Source: Basidiobolus meristosporus CBS 931.73 (Eukaryota; Fungi; Basidiobolomycota). From it: a DNA stretch of 64,000 nt. This document shows positions 49,740 through 62,412 of the stretch, in pieces (the stretch's first letter is position 1; each line of letters starts with the position of its first letter). The notes under the pieces are model-generated. The model ran no database searches. It was not told the origin of the DNA and worked only from the letters and a program-made list of their open reading frames with translations. Made by a program: the position numbers and the translations under genes. The DNA lies in contig MCFE01000161.1 in the NCBI GenBank assembly GCA_002104905.1, positions 85,348 to 149,347 on the forward strand, written 5' to 3'.

Positions 49740-50624
49740 ATGACTTACTCATCTGAATGGTCTTTTCTCATCAATCCCATCACTACCACTGGATTTCCTT
49801 TTGACACACTGGAGGAGATCTATACCAAGTACTGTGGACCATCAACCCCAATCTACTCAAGGAGATCCCTTGTTAAGCTTCTCTGCTATTACAAGAACTA
49901 TTGCCCTACAAGGTTTCATCCCACCATCCATGGCAACAAAAGTCCTAGAAGCTTTCATTCCCAGCTGACAGCAATGGAGAACCACCTTGCAGAGGGTATG
50001 AATGACTTAGAGCAAGCTTGGAATACTAGGTTCAGAAGCTCCAATAGACTTCCATATCCCAGAGTGTTCAGCAACAGGTTCCATATCAGGAGTATTTTGG
50101 ATACCTTCCCAGTGAGGATTAACAGACCTTCTAGAGGGCAGAGGCACTTTTATTCTGGCAAGTACAAGGCACACTGTGTGAAGTTTCAAGCACTGTCTGA
50201 CATTGAGGGCAACATCATCTGGTTTAGTGGGCCATTTGCTGGAAGTAGGCATGACAAAGCACTCTGGGTAGAGAATCATCCTGAATTCAGTAGAGGGGAG
50301 AAATGTATGGCAGACTTAGCCTATATAGGAGAGGATTGTCAGAGATTAGGATGTATTACAGCTTATAGGAAGCCAAGGAATGGTGTGCTTAGCAGGAAGC
50401 AGAAGCTCTACAATGAGATATTTAATCATTTCAGAGTGAGGGTAGAGCACACATTTGGATATCTGAAGAGATTCAGCATATTGGCAGGTAAATACAGAGG
50501 AAAGTCATATATAGGTGAAAACAGCAGGATAGGTAAAATAGTTAAGATACTTATTAATGCACAGTATGTTCATACAAGAAGACATCCACTGAGAGAAATG
50601 TGTCTGGAGCATTATGAAGAGTAA
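49740..50624 (+). CDS. DDE transposase (DDE_Tnp_4, PIF/Harbinger-IS5 type), 294 aa, intact
   Basis: ILDTFPVRINRP (D1); YSGKYKAHCVKFQ; SGPFAGSRHD; MADLAYIG (D2); RVRVEHTFGYLKRFSIL (E). Confidence 0.93.
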   Translation: MTYSSEWSFLINPITTTGFPFDTLEEIYTKYCGPSTPIYSRRSLVKLLCYYKNYCPTRFHPTIHGNKSPRSFHSQLTAMENHLAEGMNDLEQAWNTRFRSSNRLPYPRVFSNRFHIRSILDTFPVRINRPSRGQRHFYSGKYKAHCVKFQALSDIEGNIIWFSGPFAGSRHDKALWVENHPEFSRGEKCMADLAYIGEDCQRLGCITAYRKPRNGVLSRKQKLYNEIFNHFRVRVEHTFGYLKRFSILAGKYRGKSYIGENSRIGKIVKILINAQYVHTRRHPLREMCLEHYEE

Positions 50625-50807
50625 ATAAAGCAAGGAAAGCACTATTCTGAGCAACATAAGTAAGATTGAGTAAAATTACCAGTAACTGTATCATACCACT
50701 GGCATCGTGGTAGAAATTATAGTGCCAGATAGTGCCGTAGAGTGCCAGATCAATCCGGCACTATAAACAGGCTGGCACTATGTGGCACTATCCAACGGAA
50801 CAAGTCT

Positions 50808-51692
50808 AATACCCTTTGAAACAAATGCCAAGGATAATTCATGGAGTCAAGTGAGCCCAGTAATCTATCTACTGGTGAATAATATGATGTTGTTGCTAGA
50901 GAAGTGCTGCCTTTCCAATAATATCAGTAATGGGGGCTTTGAGGATTTACTACTACTTCTTACCAAAATCATCCTGAGATGCAACTTAACATGTATATGG
51001 TATAAATGGAAAACCATCATGCAGCTGCCAACATGTGACCCAGAGACCATCCTGATACCAGCATGTGTTAACAGTTGCATGGCATTCACATCAGAAAGTA
51101 CCACCATTGCAGGTGTCCAACTTATCAGGAATCCACCACTATTGGGGGAAAACATTGTTCACACTCAAGATATTCTGGTAATACCCTTTATAAAGAAGCT
51201 CATTCAGTTCTATAAATATTGTGAAGCTACAGAGTACTGCACTCAGTGTCAATTGAGCTCAAACATTTCCAACATGCCTTTGCCTTGGCACATGATGGAT
51301 TTACATTAGACAAGTACTATACCAGCAAATCCTGCTGGTGACTGAGTCTCATCAATCTGGATCTGCCACCTATCTTAGAGTATCAGAGTGATAATCTGAT
51401 GGTAGTCTCACTGGTATCTGGGCCTATATCACTGTCCAACCTGGGTGGCTACCTATCTCCATTGCTGGATGAATTTTGTATGCTTTTCAGCAGGATAACA
51501 GTCAATGGCTGCCATATCAAAGTGCATATTATTATCCGTGTTGGAGATACCCCAGCCATTAGCAAGATAGCAGGTTTTCTGGGCACAATGGATGGTATTG
51601 CTGGAAAGTTACCTGTAACCATTGCCAGATGAATTTTGTATGCTTTCCAGCAGGATAGCAGTAAATGGCCATCATCAAAAGTGCACACTATT
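50808..51692 (+). mobile_element. CACTA-like element B, transposase middle part, with a ~160-bp tandem duplication
   Basis: ACVNSCMAF; NLMVVSLVSGP..LSNLGGYLSPLLDEF; IIRVGDTPAISKIAG. The segment from ~51460 is repeated from ~51619. Confidence 0.85.
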
Positions 51693-52740
51693 AGACTTTT
51701 CTTTTGGATAATGCCAAATAGAGCCAGCTTGTTTATAGTGCCAGATTGATCTGGCACTCTATGGCACCATTGGGACTCTAACTTCTACCATTATGCCAGT
51801 GGTTTGATACAGTTACTGGCATTATTACTCAATCTTACTTATGTTGCTCAGAACAGTGCTTTTCTTGCTTTATTTACTCTTCATATTGCTCCAGACACAT
51901 TTATCTCAGTTGATGCCATCTTGTATAAATATGCTGTGCATTAATAAGTATCTTGACTATTTCATCTATTCTGCTGTTATCTCCTATATATAAGTTTCCT
52001 CTGTATTTACCTGCTAATATGCTGAATCTCATTAGATATCCAAATGTATGCTTTACTCTCACTATGAAATGATTAAATTTCTCAGTGTAGACCTTCTGCT
52101 TCCTGCTAAGCACTCCTTTCCTGGGCTTCCTATGAGCTGTATTACATCCTAATCTCTGGCAATCCTCTCCTATAAAAGCCAAGTCTGCCATACATCTCTC
52201 CCCTTAACTGAGTTCTGGAAGATTCTCTGCCCAGGGTGCTTTGTCATGCCTACTTCCAGCAGATGGAACACTAAACCTGATGATGTTACCCTCAATGCTA
52301 GACAGTGCTTGAGACCTCACACAGTGCGCCTTGCATTTGCCAGAATAAATGTACCTCTGCCCTCCAGAAGGTCTATTGAGCCAGGCTGGGAAGGTATCCA
52401 AAATATTCCTGATATGCCACCTGTTGCTGAACACTCAGGGAAATGGAAGTTTACTGGAGCTTCTGAACCTACTATTCCATGCTTGCTCTAAGTCACTCAG
52501 ATGCATCATACATAATATATGGAAAATTCAACATTCATATTAGTTTTCATATGTATTTCATATAAGACCAGGTTAATGCCAATATACTACTGTATAATTA
52601 TCCAAATCTGCCACTATGGTCCCTATAGTAAGCCTCAGCACATCTTTAGTACAACCCAGACAAAACCCATCCCCCTGCTCACAAGCATGGTCTGGATCAG
52701 CAAAGTCAATGTTAGATCTGTTCAAGTTCTTGCCAAATGC
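51693..52740 (-). mobile_element. PHIS copy 4: truncated, diverged, internally deleted
   Basis: Degenerate right TIR agacttttcttttggat preceded by ATT (51690-51692); transposase 3' half as ORFs 51901-52191 and 52204-52434; ~0.5-kb deletion near 52497; ORF2 5' region to ~52740; left end missing. Confidence 0.85.
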
Positions 52741-52759
52741 TTTTACGCTTTGAAAATAA

Positions 52760-55422
52760 TTTGGTCCTGCAGGAGGATCCAATCCAGATCAGCTGTCATG
52801 ATCCTGTTCAGAGACCATCATAATACCAGCAGCTTGGAATTAGTGACCCTCTTAACAATCTTATGATGGGATCATGATGGTATTTACTAATTTGCAACCA
52901 AATAAAGGGATATAACTTGACAATATTTTATTGGTGCTGTGTTGATATTTGCATGGTATTGTTGCAGTCTTTTAGTGCTGTATAACTATTTTAAGTGGAT
53001 CCAGTTTGCCAGGACATCCAATTGCCTTATATGGCAAGAAACTTGACAGTATTTTGACAGCCTCACAGCAAGACTCTGATGGCATTATATTGGCAATATG
53101 ATGGCCTACAGCTGGTGCAGTATAATGCAACCATACTAATTTACCAAATGGTATTTCCTTTTTCTACCTCCTCTTGTGCAATTCATATATTCCACTGCAG
53201 AATCACCCCTCTTTATTTGCTTACCCACTACTACCTTGGGTATTCCACATATAGTTTGAATCAAAAGTAACTATGAACACTTGCTCACTGACCTCTACAA
53301 ACACACATATCTGCCACAGTTGGCATACTTCTATAAACTTAACATTATGGCTTTTTAGTATGATACTTGCAAAGTTGCTATATACCTTGTACTGCTGGTA
53401 ACATATACATCTTGCAAACATATGCTTAGTTGTTGCCACCTCTGCCATGAATACCTCCTGAATATCTGCAAAGAACTTCTTGGTATTTAGCCAATATATT
53501 AGTTCTCCCTGCTGGATTCTAGTCCCCCTTATAGGTACAATCTGGCTTTTGTTTGTGTGACTTCCATATTGAATGGTGTAGAAGTTGGCTTGTGACAATG
53601 CGAAATCTGTCATATATTGGTAGAGTTCTTCTCATAAGAATTAGTTGCTAGTTGAGCCCAACCCAACTTTGCATTACTTAGCTGATTACCCACCTGTTGG
53701 GGCTGCTTAGCTTCTTAATGCCATAGGCATAGGTGTCTCCATGCGCACATTTGTTCTCAGTATTTTCCAGCTCTTTCTGGCTGTCCTCCATGTGCCAACT
53801 CATCACATCCATGATGGAATTGAAGGTTAGATTCTTGATGAGATTGGGATATGGTAGTACCTACAACTTGAGTTGTCTTCCTATCTCCCCACACATCTGC
53901 TCCATAGGAAACTCCCAAAAGGTGAAGCAAGGCCCAACATCTCCACACACCATGCAAGATGGAGTTGAGAATGGATACATAGCAGCAGAGATCTATGCAT
54001 TCAGCTTTATGTGTGTAGTATGGCTGCTCAAATCCTTTCACAAACTCCTCACACAACAGTTTTAGATGTGTCAAGTTGGTATTGGTGATCCACTTCTGGA
54101 TAAATATTCTTACAATGTCCACATATGACTCCCAATGCTTCCAATGAACTCTTGATAGGAATGGCTTCAGAATGCCACTTGAATAAATACATATCCAGTT
54201 CATCCAGTCATTGCATTTGTATTGTTGCATATGAGTATAAATATTAATTGCAGCCTGTGAGAAGTACTTAGGGTAGTAGATACTTTGTAATATCTTCCCA
54301 ATTCTTTCAGATTACTCTGGTATCTCAAAGAGCTCATTTAGCTTGAAATGCCCCATGTACAACTTAGTCATCAGTATGGGGATATTGTTGAAATGCAAAT
54401 GCATTGCTCCCAGTGGAAAGCTTTTGCTCCAAAAGATACCCCCTATCTTAAGTATCTTCAGTTTCCAATTAATTCCATATTCCAGCCAATGGCTTATACA
54501 TTGCCAACTTTCATGCAATGGCATGCTGACGTCTGTACGTTCTCTCTATGGAAAGTTGATGTTCTTAGTGCTGATGTTTGGGTAATAATAATGTGTGTGA
54601 GTTATGGAGCAAATCCCCTGGATCTCACGCATTCAACAGCAATACCATCCATTGTGCCTGGAAAACCTGCTATCTTACTGATGGCTGGGGTATCTCCAAC
54701 ACATATAATAATATGCACTTTGACATGGCAGCCATTGACTGTTATCGTGCTGAAAAGCATACAAAATTCATCCAGCAATGGAGACAGGTAGCCACCCAGG
54801 TTGGACAGTGATATAGGCCCAGATACCAGTGAGACTACCATCATATTATTGCACTTATACCATAAGATGGGCAGCAGATTCAGATTGATGAGAATCAGTG
54901 GCCAGCAGGATTTGCTGGTAGAGTACTTGATCAATGAGAATTCATCAAGTGCCAAAGCAAAGGCATGGTCATAAATACCTTCAAAGTAGCCCTTGCTTCT
55001 TAGCTGTTTGTAAGATTTGCCATCAAATATATCCAATATGTTTGTGCTTGATTGATACTAAGTGCAGTACTGTATAGCTTTGCAATATTTGTCAGACTGC
55101 ATCAGCTTCCTCAGACAGGATATGACCGGAATATATCTGGAGTGTGAATAATGTTTTCCCTTAATGGTAGTGGATTCCTGACAATTTGGACACATTGCAA
55201 TGGTAGCATTTTTGGATGTGAATGCCATGCAACTGTTGACACATGCTGGAATCAGGACAGTCTCTGGATCATATGTTGCCAGCCGCATGACAGTTGTCCA
55301 CTTGTACCATGTACATGGTAAGTTGCATCCCAGAATGATTTTGGCAAGAAGTAGTAATAAATCCATGGTGATAAAGATGGCCAGGTGCCAATATTGATGT
55401 ACCAACTGGCCGGCAAGATAAT
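52760..55422 (-). mobile_element. CACTA-like element C, transposase body (pseudogenised)
   Basis: DIFDGKSYKQL...ALALDEFSL...SCWPLILINLNL...VSLVSGP...LSPLLDEF...VGDTPAISKIAG; WMNW...YSSGILKPFL..HWKHW; C-terminal domain 53221-53613. Confidence 0.88.
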
Positions 55423-56096
55423 AGACTTGTTCCATCGTACTGTGCCAGGGCGTGCGGCACAATCCGTGGTTGTAAAGAACGATTGGGTGTGATATTATAG
55501 CTACCAGAAGGAAGGATTGTTCTTGGACAATTTTGCACTATGCGGGACGATCTCGCACACTATGGCACAATCTGACACAATGAGGTTGGAATGGATGATT
55601 GCGCCAACTCGTAATGTTTGCATCACGTGCGCAATTGGATACCGCTATTATGGCAGGTAAAATCCGGTATTTGGATATGTTTCTTTAATGCAAATGGAAA
55701 TAAATGTGTATCACACTATAAACTACACTAATACTTACCATTTTGGTTACCCTCACTCCAATTGGACGGTATCTCAGTGGTTAATTGGTCCAAAAGTATC
55801 CTGAGGCTGGCAGCCCCCAATTGGCTCATTGACTACTAAAAAAGCTACCTGATTTGCCATCAAATATCCCATTTTGCTCATTGAGCAAGTAAATCCCTGG
55901 TCCTAGTGATTGGACAAGGTGACATAGCCAGCACGCGAGCGATTGTGTAGGTGTGAAACAGATCCAATAGCTGCACTGGTATTACAGATGACGTATATAT
56001 ATGCAGGGTGTTTATTTATAGGGGTTCTGTCTCAAATGTGAGACAACCTTGATATTACTTATATCAAAAATTTGATGATCACTGATTTGCGACGGC

Positions 56097-57411
56097 TCAA
56101 TCCTGATCGCAAAAAAAAAGGGTTGTTGGGATCATTACGAATGTGAGCGATTCAAAGCGATTGTATCGTCTTCTCCTGGGTTTTTTTCTCACAGGGATTA
56201 CTACTGAAGCATTTGGTAGTGACTCACTTTGCACACCTATACTACTTCCTGGCTGACTATCATCTTGGCTACTTGTGTATTTGTAGTCAGTATTTTGCCT
56301 CCTAGTTGATGAGTGCAATGCTACAGCTTGGCCGCGCTGAATTGCTCCAACTGAACCAACTGAACCGGCCTGTAGTGCCACGTGCTGACGCGTTCTTTTA
56401 CTTGCTAAGGGCTCCAGTGGTTGAGGCACTTCATGTTGGTCATCATCAGTCAGTTCACCAGAAGTAACTTGCTGATGGTCAGGCAAAACGGCACGCGCAG
56501 GCGCGCCTTGACGCGTTGAGATGGCCCTTGGCTGAGTTTGATGTGATGCTGCAAGTTGACGTGACTCGGTCCGCTCCAATGGACTTGTGTCTAAATGAGC
56601 AGTTTGGCAAGTTCTCGTAGTTTTGCTCTGAAGCACGCGTTGACCCAACGCGCGTTGACTCAAGGCGGGGCGTTCCGGTAAAGGGTGTTGGCATACTCTG
56701 GACTGACGTGCTCCGGCGCGCTGTGGTTGCAAGAGATGGTAGGGAATCCAGCAAGGCGTGCTGGCGCGATCTGGATGATGTTGCTCGCGGTCTGTATTCT
56801 TCCTCCTGAAGCTCACCATCTGATTCCTCAAGGTATTCACTTACCCTCTGTCTGATACTTTGGAGCTATTGCCTGGATGAGTCCTGTGTATATTGCTCTT
56901 GGAAGCCACTTAGCTCTACTAATATATCACGTAGTACATTAGTCATTTGAGGCAAAAACTCATTCAAAATCTCTTTGGTTCCCAAAGTTGAGGCACAAAT
57001 GGACATGTCCGGCCTGTACTGTACAAATTGCCCGCAAAATTGCTCCCGCACGGCTTCTTTGTCAAATCCCCTCACTCTCAGCTCATTCTTGATTTCAATA
57101 CTTGTCTTGTTATATATCTTTTTACATACATTGGCTGGCATCTTGATGTAGAACTCATGCCACAGCTTTCTACTCAAATTCTTGCATCTTTGCCGACTCT
57201 CTGAGGTGTCTAGTTCTGCTAGATTAATCAGTAGTGCCCAAATATCTGTATGAAGGCTCATCATAGACACTTGGGCCATACTAAAATCATTTGGCGAGAA
57301 TTTGAGCGGATCCGACATTGACTTTTCCGGTCTGGACCGCACTTGTGAGCTGGGGGATGGGTTTTGTCTGGGTTGTACTAAAGATGAATTGAGGCTTGGT
57401 ATGGGGACCAT
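56097..57411 (-). pseudogene. Partner ORF2 of PHIS copy 2 (stop and frameshift)
   Basis: Homologous to 48148-49380; stop at 56866 and a frameshift at the expanded 15-nt unit near 56640. Confidence 0.85.
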
Positions 57412-57769
57412 AGCAACGGATTTGGATACTTATACAGCAGTATATTGACATCAACCTGGTCTTATATGAAATATATATGAAAACTAATGTCATTGTTGAA
57501 TTTTCTATATATTATGCATGATGCATCTTGGATTGCGTTGACACAGATCAGATCACATCAATTGCAGATTTCCTATTTGATTATAGACTTATGATTAAAG
57601 CATCAATAAAAGTATCAAGGCATTGTTTGCGGATGATTTTTGCAACATAATGATGGGATACGTGGCAATTGATGGAGATTTAACCATAATGTATTAAAAA
57701 TCAGATAAATAAGGCGGATTGCGCCAAATCAATTCAAACCGCCTTAAACAATCATCCACCAATTTTAAT

Positions 57770-58654
57770 ATGACTTACTCATCTGAATGGTCTTTTCTCA
57801 TCAATCCCATCACTACCACTGGATTTCCTTTTGACACACTAGAGGAGATCTACTCCAAGTACTGTGGACCATTAACCCCAATCTACTCAAGAAGATCCCT
57901 TGTTAAGCTTCTCTGCTATTACAAGAACTATTGCCCTACAAGGTTTCATCCCACCATCCATGGCAACAAAAGTCCTAGAAGCTTTCATTCCCAGCTGACA
58001 GCAATGGAGAACCACCTTGCAGAGGGTATGAATGACTTAGAGCAAGCTTGGAATACTAGGTTCAGAAGCTCCAATAGACTTCCATATCTCAGAGTGTTCA
58101 GCAGCAGGTTCCATATCAGGAGTATTTTGGATACCTTCCCAGTGATGATTAACAGACCTTCTAGAGGGCAGAAGCACTTTTATTCTGGCAAGTACAAGGC
58201 ACGCTGTGTGAAGTTTCAAGCACTGTCTGACATTGAGGGTAACATCATCTGGTTCAGTGGGCCATTTGCTGGAAGTAGGCATGACAAAGCACTCTGGGTA
58301 GAGAATCATCCTGAATTCAGTAGAGGGGAGAAATGTATGGCAGACTTAGCTTATATAGGAGAGGATTGTCAGAGATTAGGATGTATTACAGCTTATAGGA
58401 AGCCAAGGAATGGTGTACTTAGCAGGAAGCAGAAGCTCTACAATGAGATATTTAATCATTTCAGAGTGAGGGTAGAGCACACATTTGGATATCTGAAGAG
58501 ATTCAGCATATTGGCAGGTAAATACAGAGGAAAGTCATATATAGGAGAAAACAGCAGAATAGGTAAAATAGTTAAGATATGTATTTATGCACAGTATGTT
58601 CATACAAGAAGACATCCACTGAGAGAAATGTGTCTGGAGCATTATGAAGAGTAA
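57770..58654 (+). CDS. DDE_Tnp_4 transposase of copy 2, 294 aa, intact
   Basis: Near-identical to 49740-50624 (about 10 substitutions by eye); DDE motifs retained. Confidence 0.93.
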   Translation: MTYSSEWSFLINPITTTGFPFDTLEEIYSKYCGPLTPIYSRRSLVKLLCYYKNYCPTRFHPTIHGNKSPRSFHSQLTAMENHLAEGMNDLEQAWNTRFRSSNRLPYLRVFSSRFHIRSILDTFPVMINRPSRGQKHFYSGKYKARCVKFQALSDIEGNIIWFSGPFAGSRHDKALWVENHPEFSRGEKCMADLAYIGEDCQRLGCITAYRKPRNGVLSRKQKLYNEIFNHFRVRVEHTFGYLKRFSILAGKYRGKSYIGENSRIGKIVKICIYAQYVHTRRHPLREMCLEHYEE

Positions 58655-58837
58655 ATAAAGCAAGGAAAGCACTATTCTGAGCAACATAAGTAAGATTGAG
58701 TAAAATTACCAGTAGCTGTATCATACCACAGGCATCATGGTAGAAATTATAGTGCCAGATAGTGCCGTAGAGTGCCAGATCAATCTGGCACCATAAACAG
58801 GCTGGCACTATGTGGCACTATCCAACGGAACAAGTCT

Positions 58838-59723
58838 AATGTTGGTACAGTAGTGACCAATGAATAGTCAAATAAGACTTGGGTGGCAAAACACTGGCCA
58901 TGATCCTTATAATACTTCCTATGCTGTCTGCATGCATCATGGCTGAGAGGCTTGCCACAATAGCCACATGGTCTTTTTTCTCTTCTCTCACAGCATTGAG
59001 TCAAAGTAGTCTTGTCCATGGGGTAAACAGTTTGACCTTCAACAATACAATGCTATTATATCACTTCTTGCTCAATACTCATGTGAAACTAAGACAGTTT
59101 TGTATTTGAGACATTGCACCTACATAAATGTAAGATTCAATGATGACCAGCCATAGTAAGCATTATAAATAAAGTTGTGGCACCACATACACACATACAT
59201 GAAACACTATTTCCCCTTTGGTTTGACTCACTTCCATATATATACCGCCAAAAGATGAAGCAAAGTCATCTAGTTCCCAACTAAACCCCACTGCTGATGG
59301 CAACAGAAGAACAGATGGACAACAGCTTGCTTTGACATTGAGTGCAACATGCAGGGCTATATCCAATAAAGGCCACATTGACCATGTGCCCACTGAAGGT
59401 ATTAATGCAGACTCCTCAGGCTCTCAGTCAAGTAGGCAATTGAGAACCTTGGTGGAGCCACAAGCTGACCATTATTCTCAGGCAGATACAAATGTAGCAA
59501 AAGTAGTACCCACAGTTGAAGACCAGCAAGTGGCCATGTTAACATCACCACCACCTATATTGGCAAGTATGTTGTCAGCTCATACCAAAGCATTAATGAA
59601 GCCATTAGGTGCAGTAGTTGATAGGATAGATGCAATGGCCCAGAGAAATCAGGAAATAGTCCAGAAACAGGATGAGCGGATAATATATGTAGAGCAATCA
59701 ATATTCCAGGTTGAGGAAGCAAT
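58838..59723. mobile_element. CACTA-like element C central part: transposase 5' end (minus) and accessory ORF 5' end (plus; resumes after 63964)
   Basis: Inverted homolog of 46249-47140. Minus strand ERREKRPCGYCGKPLSHDACRQH; plus ORF 59332 onward reads on as EEAISLLQRRNSSRS once PHIS copy 3 is removed. Confidence 0.8.
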
Positions 59724-59906
59724 AGACTTGTTCTGTTGAATAGTGCCACATAGTGCCAGCCTGTTTATAGTGCCAGATTGATCTGGCACTCTATGGCACT
59801 ATCTGGCACTATAATTTCTACCATGATGCCAGTGTTATGATACAGGTACTGGTAATTTTACTCAATCCTACTTATGTTGCTCAGAATAGTGCTTTCCTTG
59901 CTTTAT

Positions 59907-60791
59907 TTACTCTTCATAATGCTCCAGACACATTTCTCTCAGTGGATGTCTTCTTGTATGAACATACTGTGCATAAATACATATCTTAACTATTTTACCT
60001 ATTCTGCTGTTTTCTCCTATATATGACTTTCCTCTGTATTTACCTGCCAATATGCTGAATCTCTTCAGATATCCAAATGTGTGCTCTACCCTCACTCTGA
60101 AATGATTAAATATCTCATTGTAGAGCTTCTGCTTCCTGCTAAGCACACCATTCCTTGGCTTCCTATAAGCTGTAATACATCCTAATCTCTGACAATCCTC
60201 TCCTATATAGGCAAAGTCTGCCATACATTTCCCCCCTCTACTGAATTCAGGATGATTCTCTACCCAGAGTGCTTTGTCATGCCTACTTCCAGCAAATGGC
60301 CCACTGAACCAGATGATGTTACCCTCAATGTCAGACAGTGCTTGAAACTTCACACAGCGTGCCTTGTACTTGCCAGAATAAAAGTGCTTCTGCCCTCTAG
60401 AAGGTCTGTTAATCCTCACTGGGAAGGTATCCAAAATACTCCTGATATGGAACCTGCTGCTGAACACTCTGAGATATGGAAGTCTATTGGAGCTTCTGAA
60501 CCTAGTATTCCAAGCTTGCTCTAAGTCATTCACACCCTCTGCAAGGTGGTTCTCCATTGCTGTCAGCTGGGAATGAAAGCTTCTAGGACTTTTGTTGCCA
60601 TGGATGGTGAGATGAAACCTTGTAGGGCAATAGTTCTTGTAATAGCAGAGAAGCTTAACAAGGGATCTTCTTGAGTAGATTGGGGTTGATGGTCCACAGT
60701 ACTTGGAGTAGATCTCCTCTAGTGTGTCAAAAGGAAATCCAGTGGTAGTGATGGGATTGATGAGAAAAGACCATTCAGATGAGTAAGTCAT
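59907..60791 (-). CDS. DDE_Tnp_4 transposase of copy 3, 294 aa, intact
   Basis: Near-identical to copies 1 and 2; shares the ARC and CIY variants with copy 2. Confidence 0.93.
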   Translation of the reverse strand: MTYSSEWSFLINPITTTGFPFDTLEEIYSKYCGPSTPIYSRRSLVKLLCYYKNYCPTRFHLTIHGNKSPRSFHSQLTAMENHLAEGVNDLEQAWNTRFRSSNRLPYLRVFSSRFHIRSILDTFPVRINRPSRGQKHFYSGKYKARCVKFQALSDIEGNIIWFSGPFAGSRHDKALWVENHPEFSRGGKCMADFAYIGEDCQRLGCITAYRKPRNGVLSRKQKLYNEIFNHFRVRVEHTFGYLKRFSILAGKYRGKSYIGENSRIGKIVKICIYAQYVHTRRHPLREMCLEHYEE

Positions 60792-61150
60792 ATTAAAATT
60801 GGTGGATGATTGTATGGAGGCGGTTTAAATTGATTTGGCATGATCTGCGTTATTTATCTGATTTTTAATACATTATGGTTAAGTCTCCATCAATTGCCAT
60901 GTATCCCATCATTATGCTGCAAAAATCATCCGCAAACAATGCCTTGGTACTTTTATTGATGCTTTAATCATAGGTCTATAATCAAATAGGAGATCTGTGA
61001 TTGATGTGATCTGATCTGTGTCAACGCAATCCAAGATGCATCATGCATAATATATGGAAAATTCAACAATCACATTAGTTTTCATATATATTTCATATAA
61101 GACCAGGTTGATGCCAATAGACTGCTGTATAAGTATCCAAATTTGTTGCT

Positions 61151-62412
61151 ATGGTCCCCATACCAAGCCTCAATTCATCTTTAGTACAACCCAGACAAAA
61201 CCCATCACCCAGCTCATAAGCACGGCCAGGACCGGAAAAGTCAATGTTAGATCCATTTGAGTTCTTGCCAAATGATTTCAGTATGGCCCAAGTGTCTATG
61301 ATGAGCCTTCATACAGATATTTGGACACTACTGATTAATCCAGCAGAACTAGACACCTCAGAGAGTTGACAAAGATGGAAGAATTTGAGTAGAAAGCTGT
61401 GGCATGAGTTCTACATCAAGATGCCAGCCAATGTATGTAAAAAGATATATAAAAAGACAAGTATCAAAATCAAGAATGAGCTGAGAGTGAGGGGATTTGA
61501 CAAAGAAGCCGCACGGGAACAATTTTGCCCACAATTTGCACAGTACAGGCTGGACGCGTCCATTTGTGCCTCAACTTTGGGAACCAAAGAGATTTTGAAT
61601 GAGTTTTTGCCTCAAATGACTAATGTACTACGTGATATATTAGTAGAGCTAAGTGGCTTCCAAGAGCAATATACACAGGACTCATCCAGGCAACAGCTCC
61701 AAAGTATCAGACAGAGGGTAAGTGAATACCTTGAGGAATCAGATGGTGAGCTTCAGGAGGAAGAATACAGACCGCAAGCAACATTGTCCAGATTGCGCCT
61801 GCACACCTTGCTGGATTCCCTACCATCTCTTGCAACCACAGCGCGCCAGCGCACATCAGTCCAGACCACGCCAACACCCTTTACCAAAGTGCCCACATCA
61901 AGTCAACACGCATTGAGTCAATGTGCATTGGGTCAACATGTGCGCTTCAGAGCAAAACTACAAGAACTTGCCAAACTGCTCATTTAGACATGAGTCCAGT
62001 GGAGCAGACCAAGTTGTGTCAACATGCAGCATCACATTGAACTCAGCCAAGGGCCATTTCAATGCGTCAAGGCGCTCCTGCACATGCCATTTTGCCTGAC
62101 CATCAGCAAGTTACTTCTGGTGAACTGACTGATGATGACCAACATGAAGTGCCTCAACCACTGGAGCCCTTAGCAAGTAAAAGAACGCGTCAGCACGTGG
62201 CACTACAGGCTGGTTCAGTTGGTTCAGTTGGAGCAATTCAGCGTGGCCAAGCTGCAGCTTCACACTCATCAACTAGGAGGCAAAATACTGACTACAAATA
62301 CACCAGTAGCCAAGATGATAGTCAGCCAGGAAGTAGTATAGGTGTGCAAAGTGAGTCACTACCAAATGCTTCAGTAGTAATCCCTGTGAGAAAAAATCCC
62401 AGGAGAAGATAA
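61151..62412 (+). pseudogene. Partner ORF2 of PHIS copy 3 (stops and frameshift)
   Basis: Homologous to the ORF2 of copies 1 and 2; TGA at 61367-61369 and 62038-62040. Confidence 0.85.

Larger units (their letters stand above)
47405..50807 (+). mobile_element. PHIS-superfamily (Pangu-like) DNA transposon, copy 1, 3403 bp
   Basis: TIR AGACTTGTTCC at 47405 and its complement GGAACAAGTCT ending at 50807; TSD AAT at 47402-47404 and 50808-50810; two divergent ORFs; AGTGCC/GGCACT subterminal arrays at the right end. Confidence 0.93.
55423..58837 (+). mobile_element. PHIS (Pangu-like) transposon, copy 2, 3415 bp
   Basis: TIRs start at 55423 and end at 58837; TSD AAT at 55420-55422 and 58838-58840. 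The paralogous empty site at 47112-47132 (minus strand ggcaagat-ATT-gttggtacag) matches both flanks. Confidence 0.95.
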
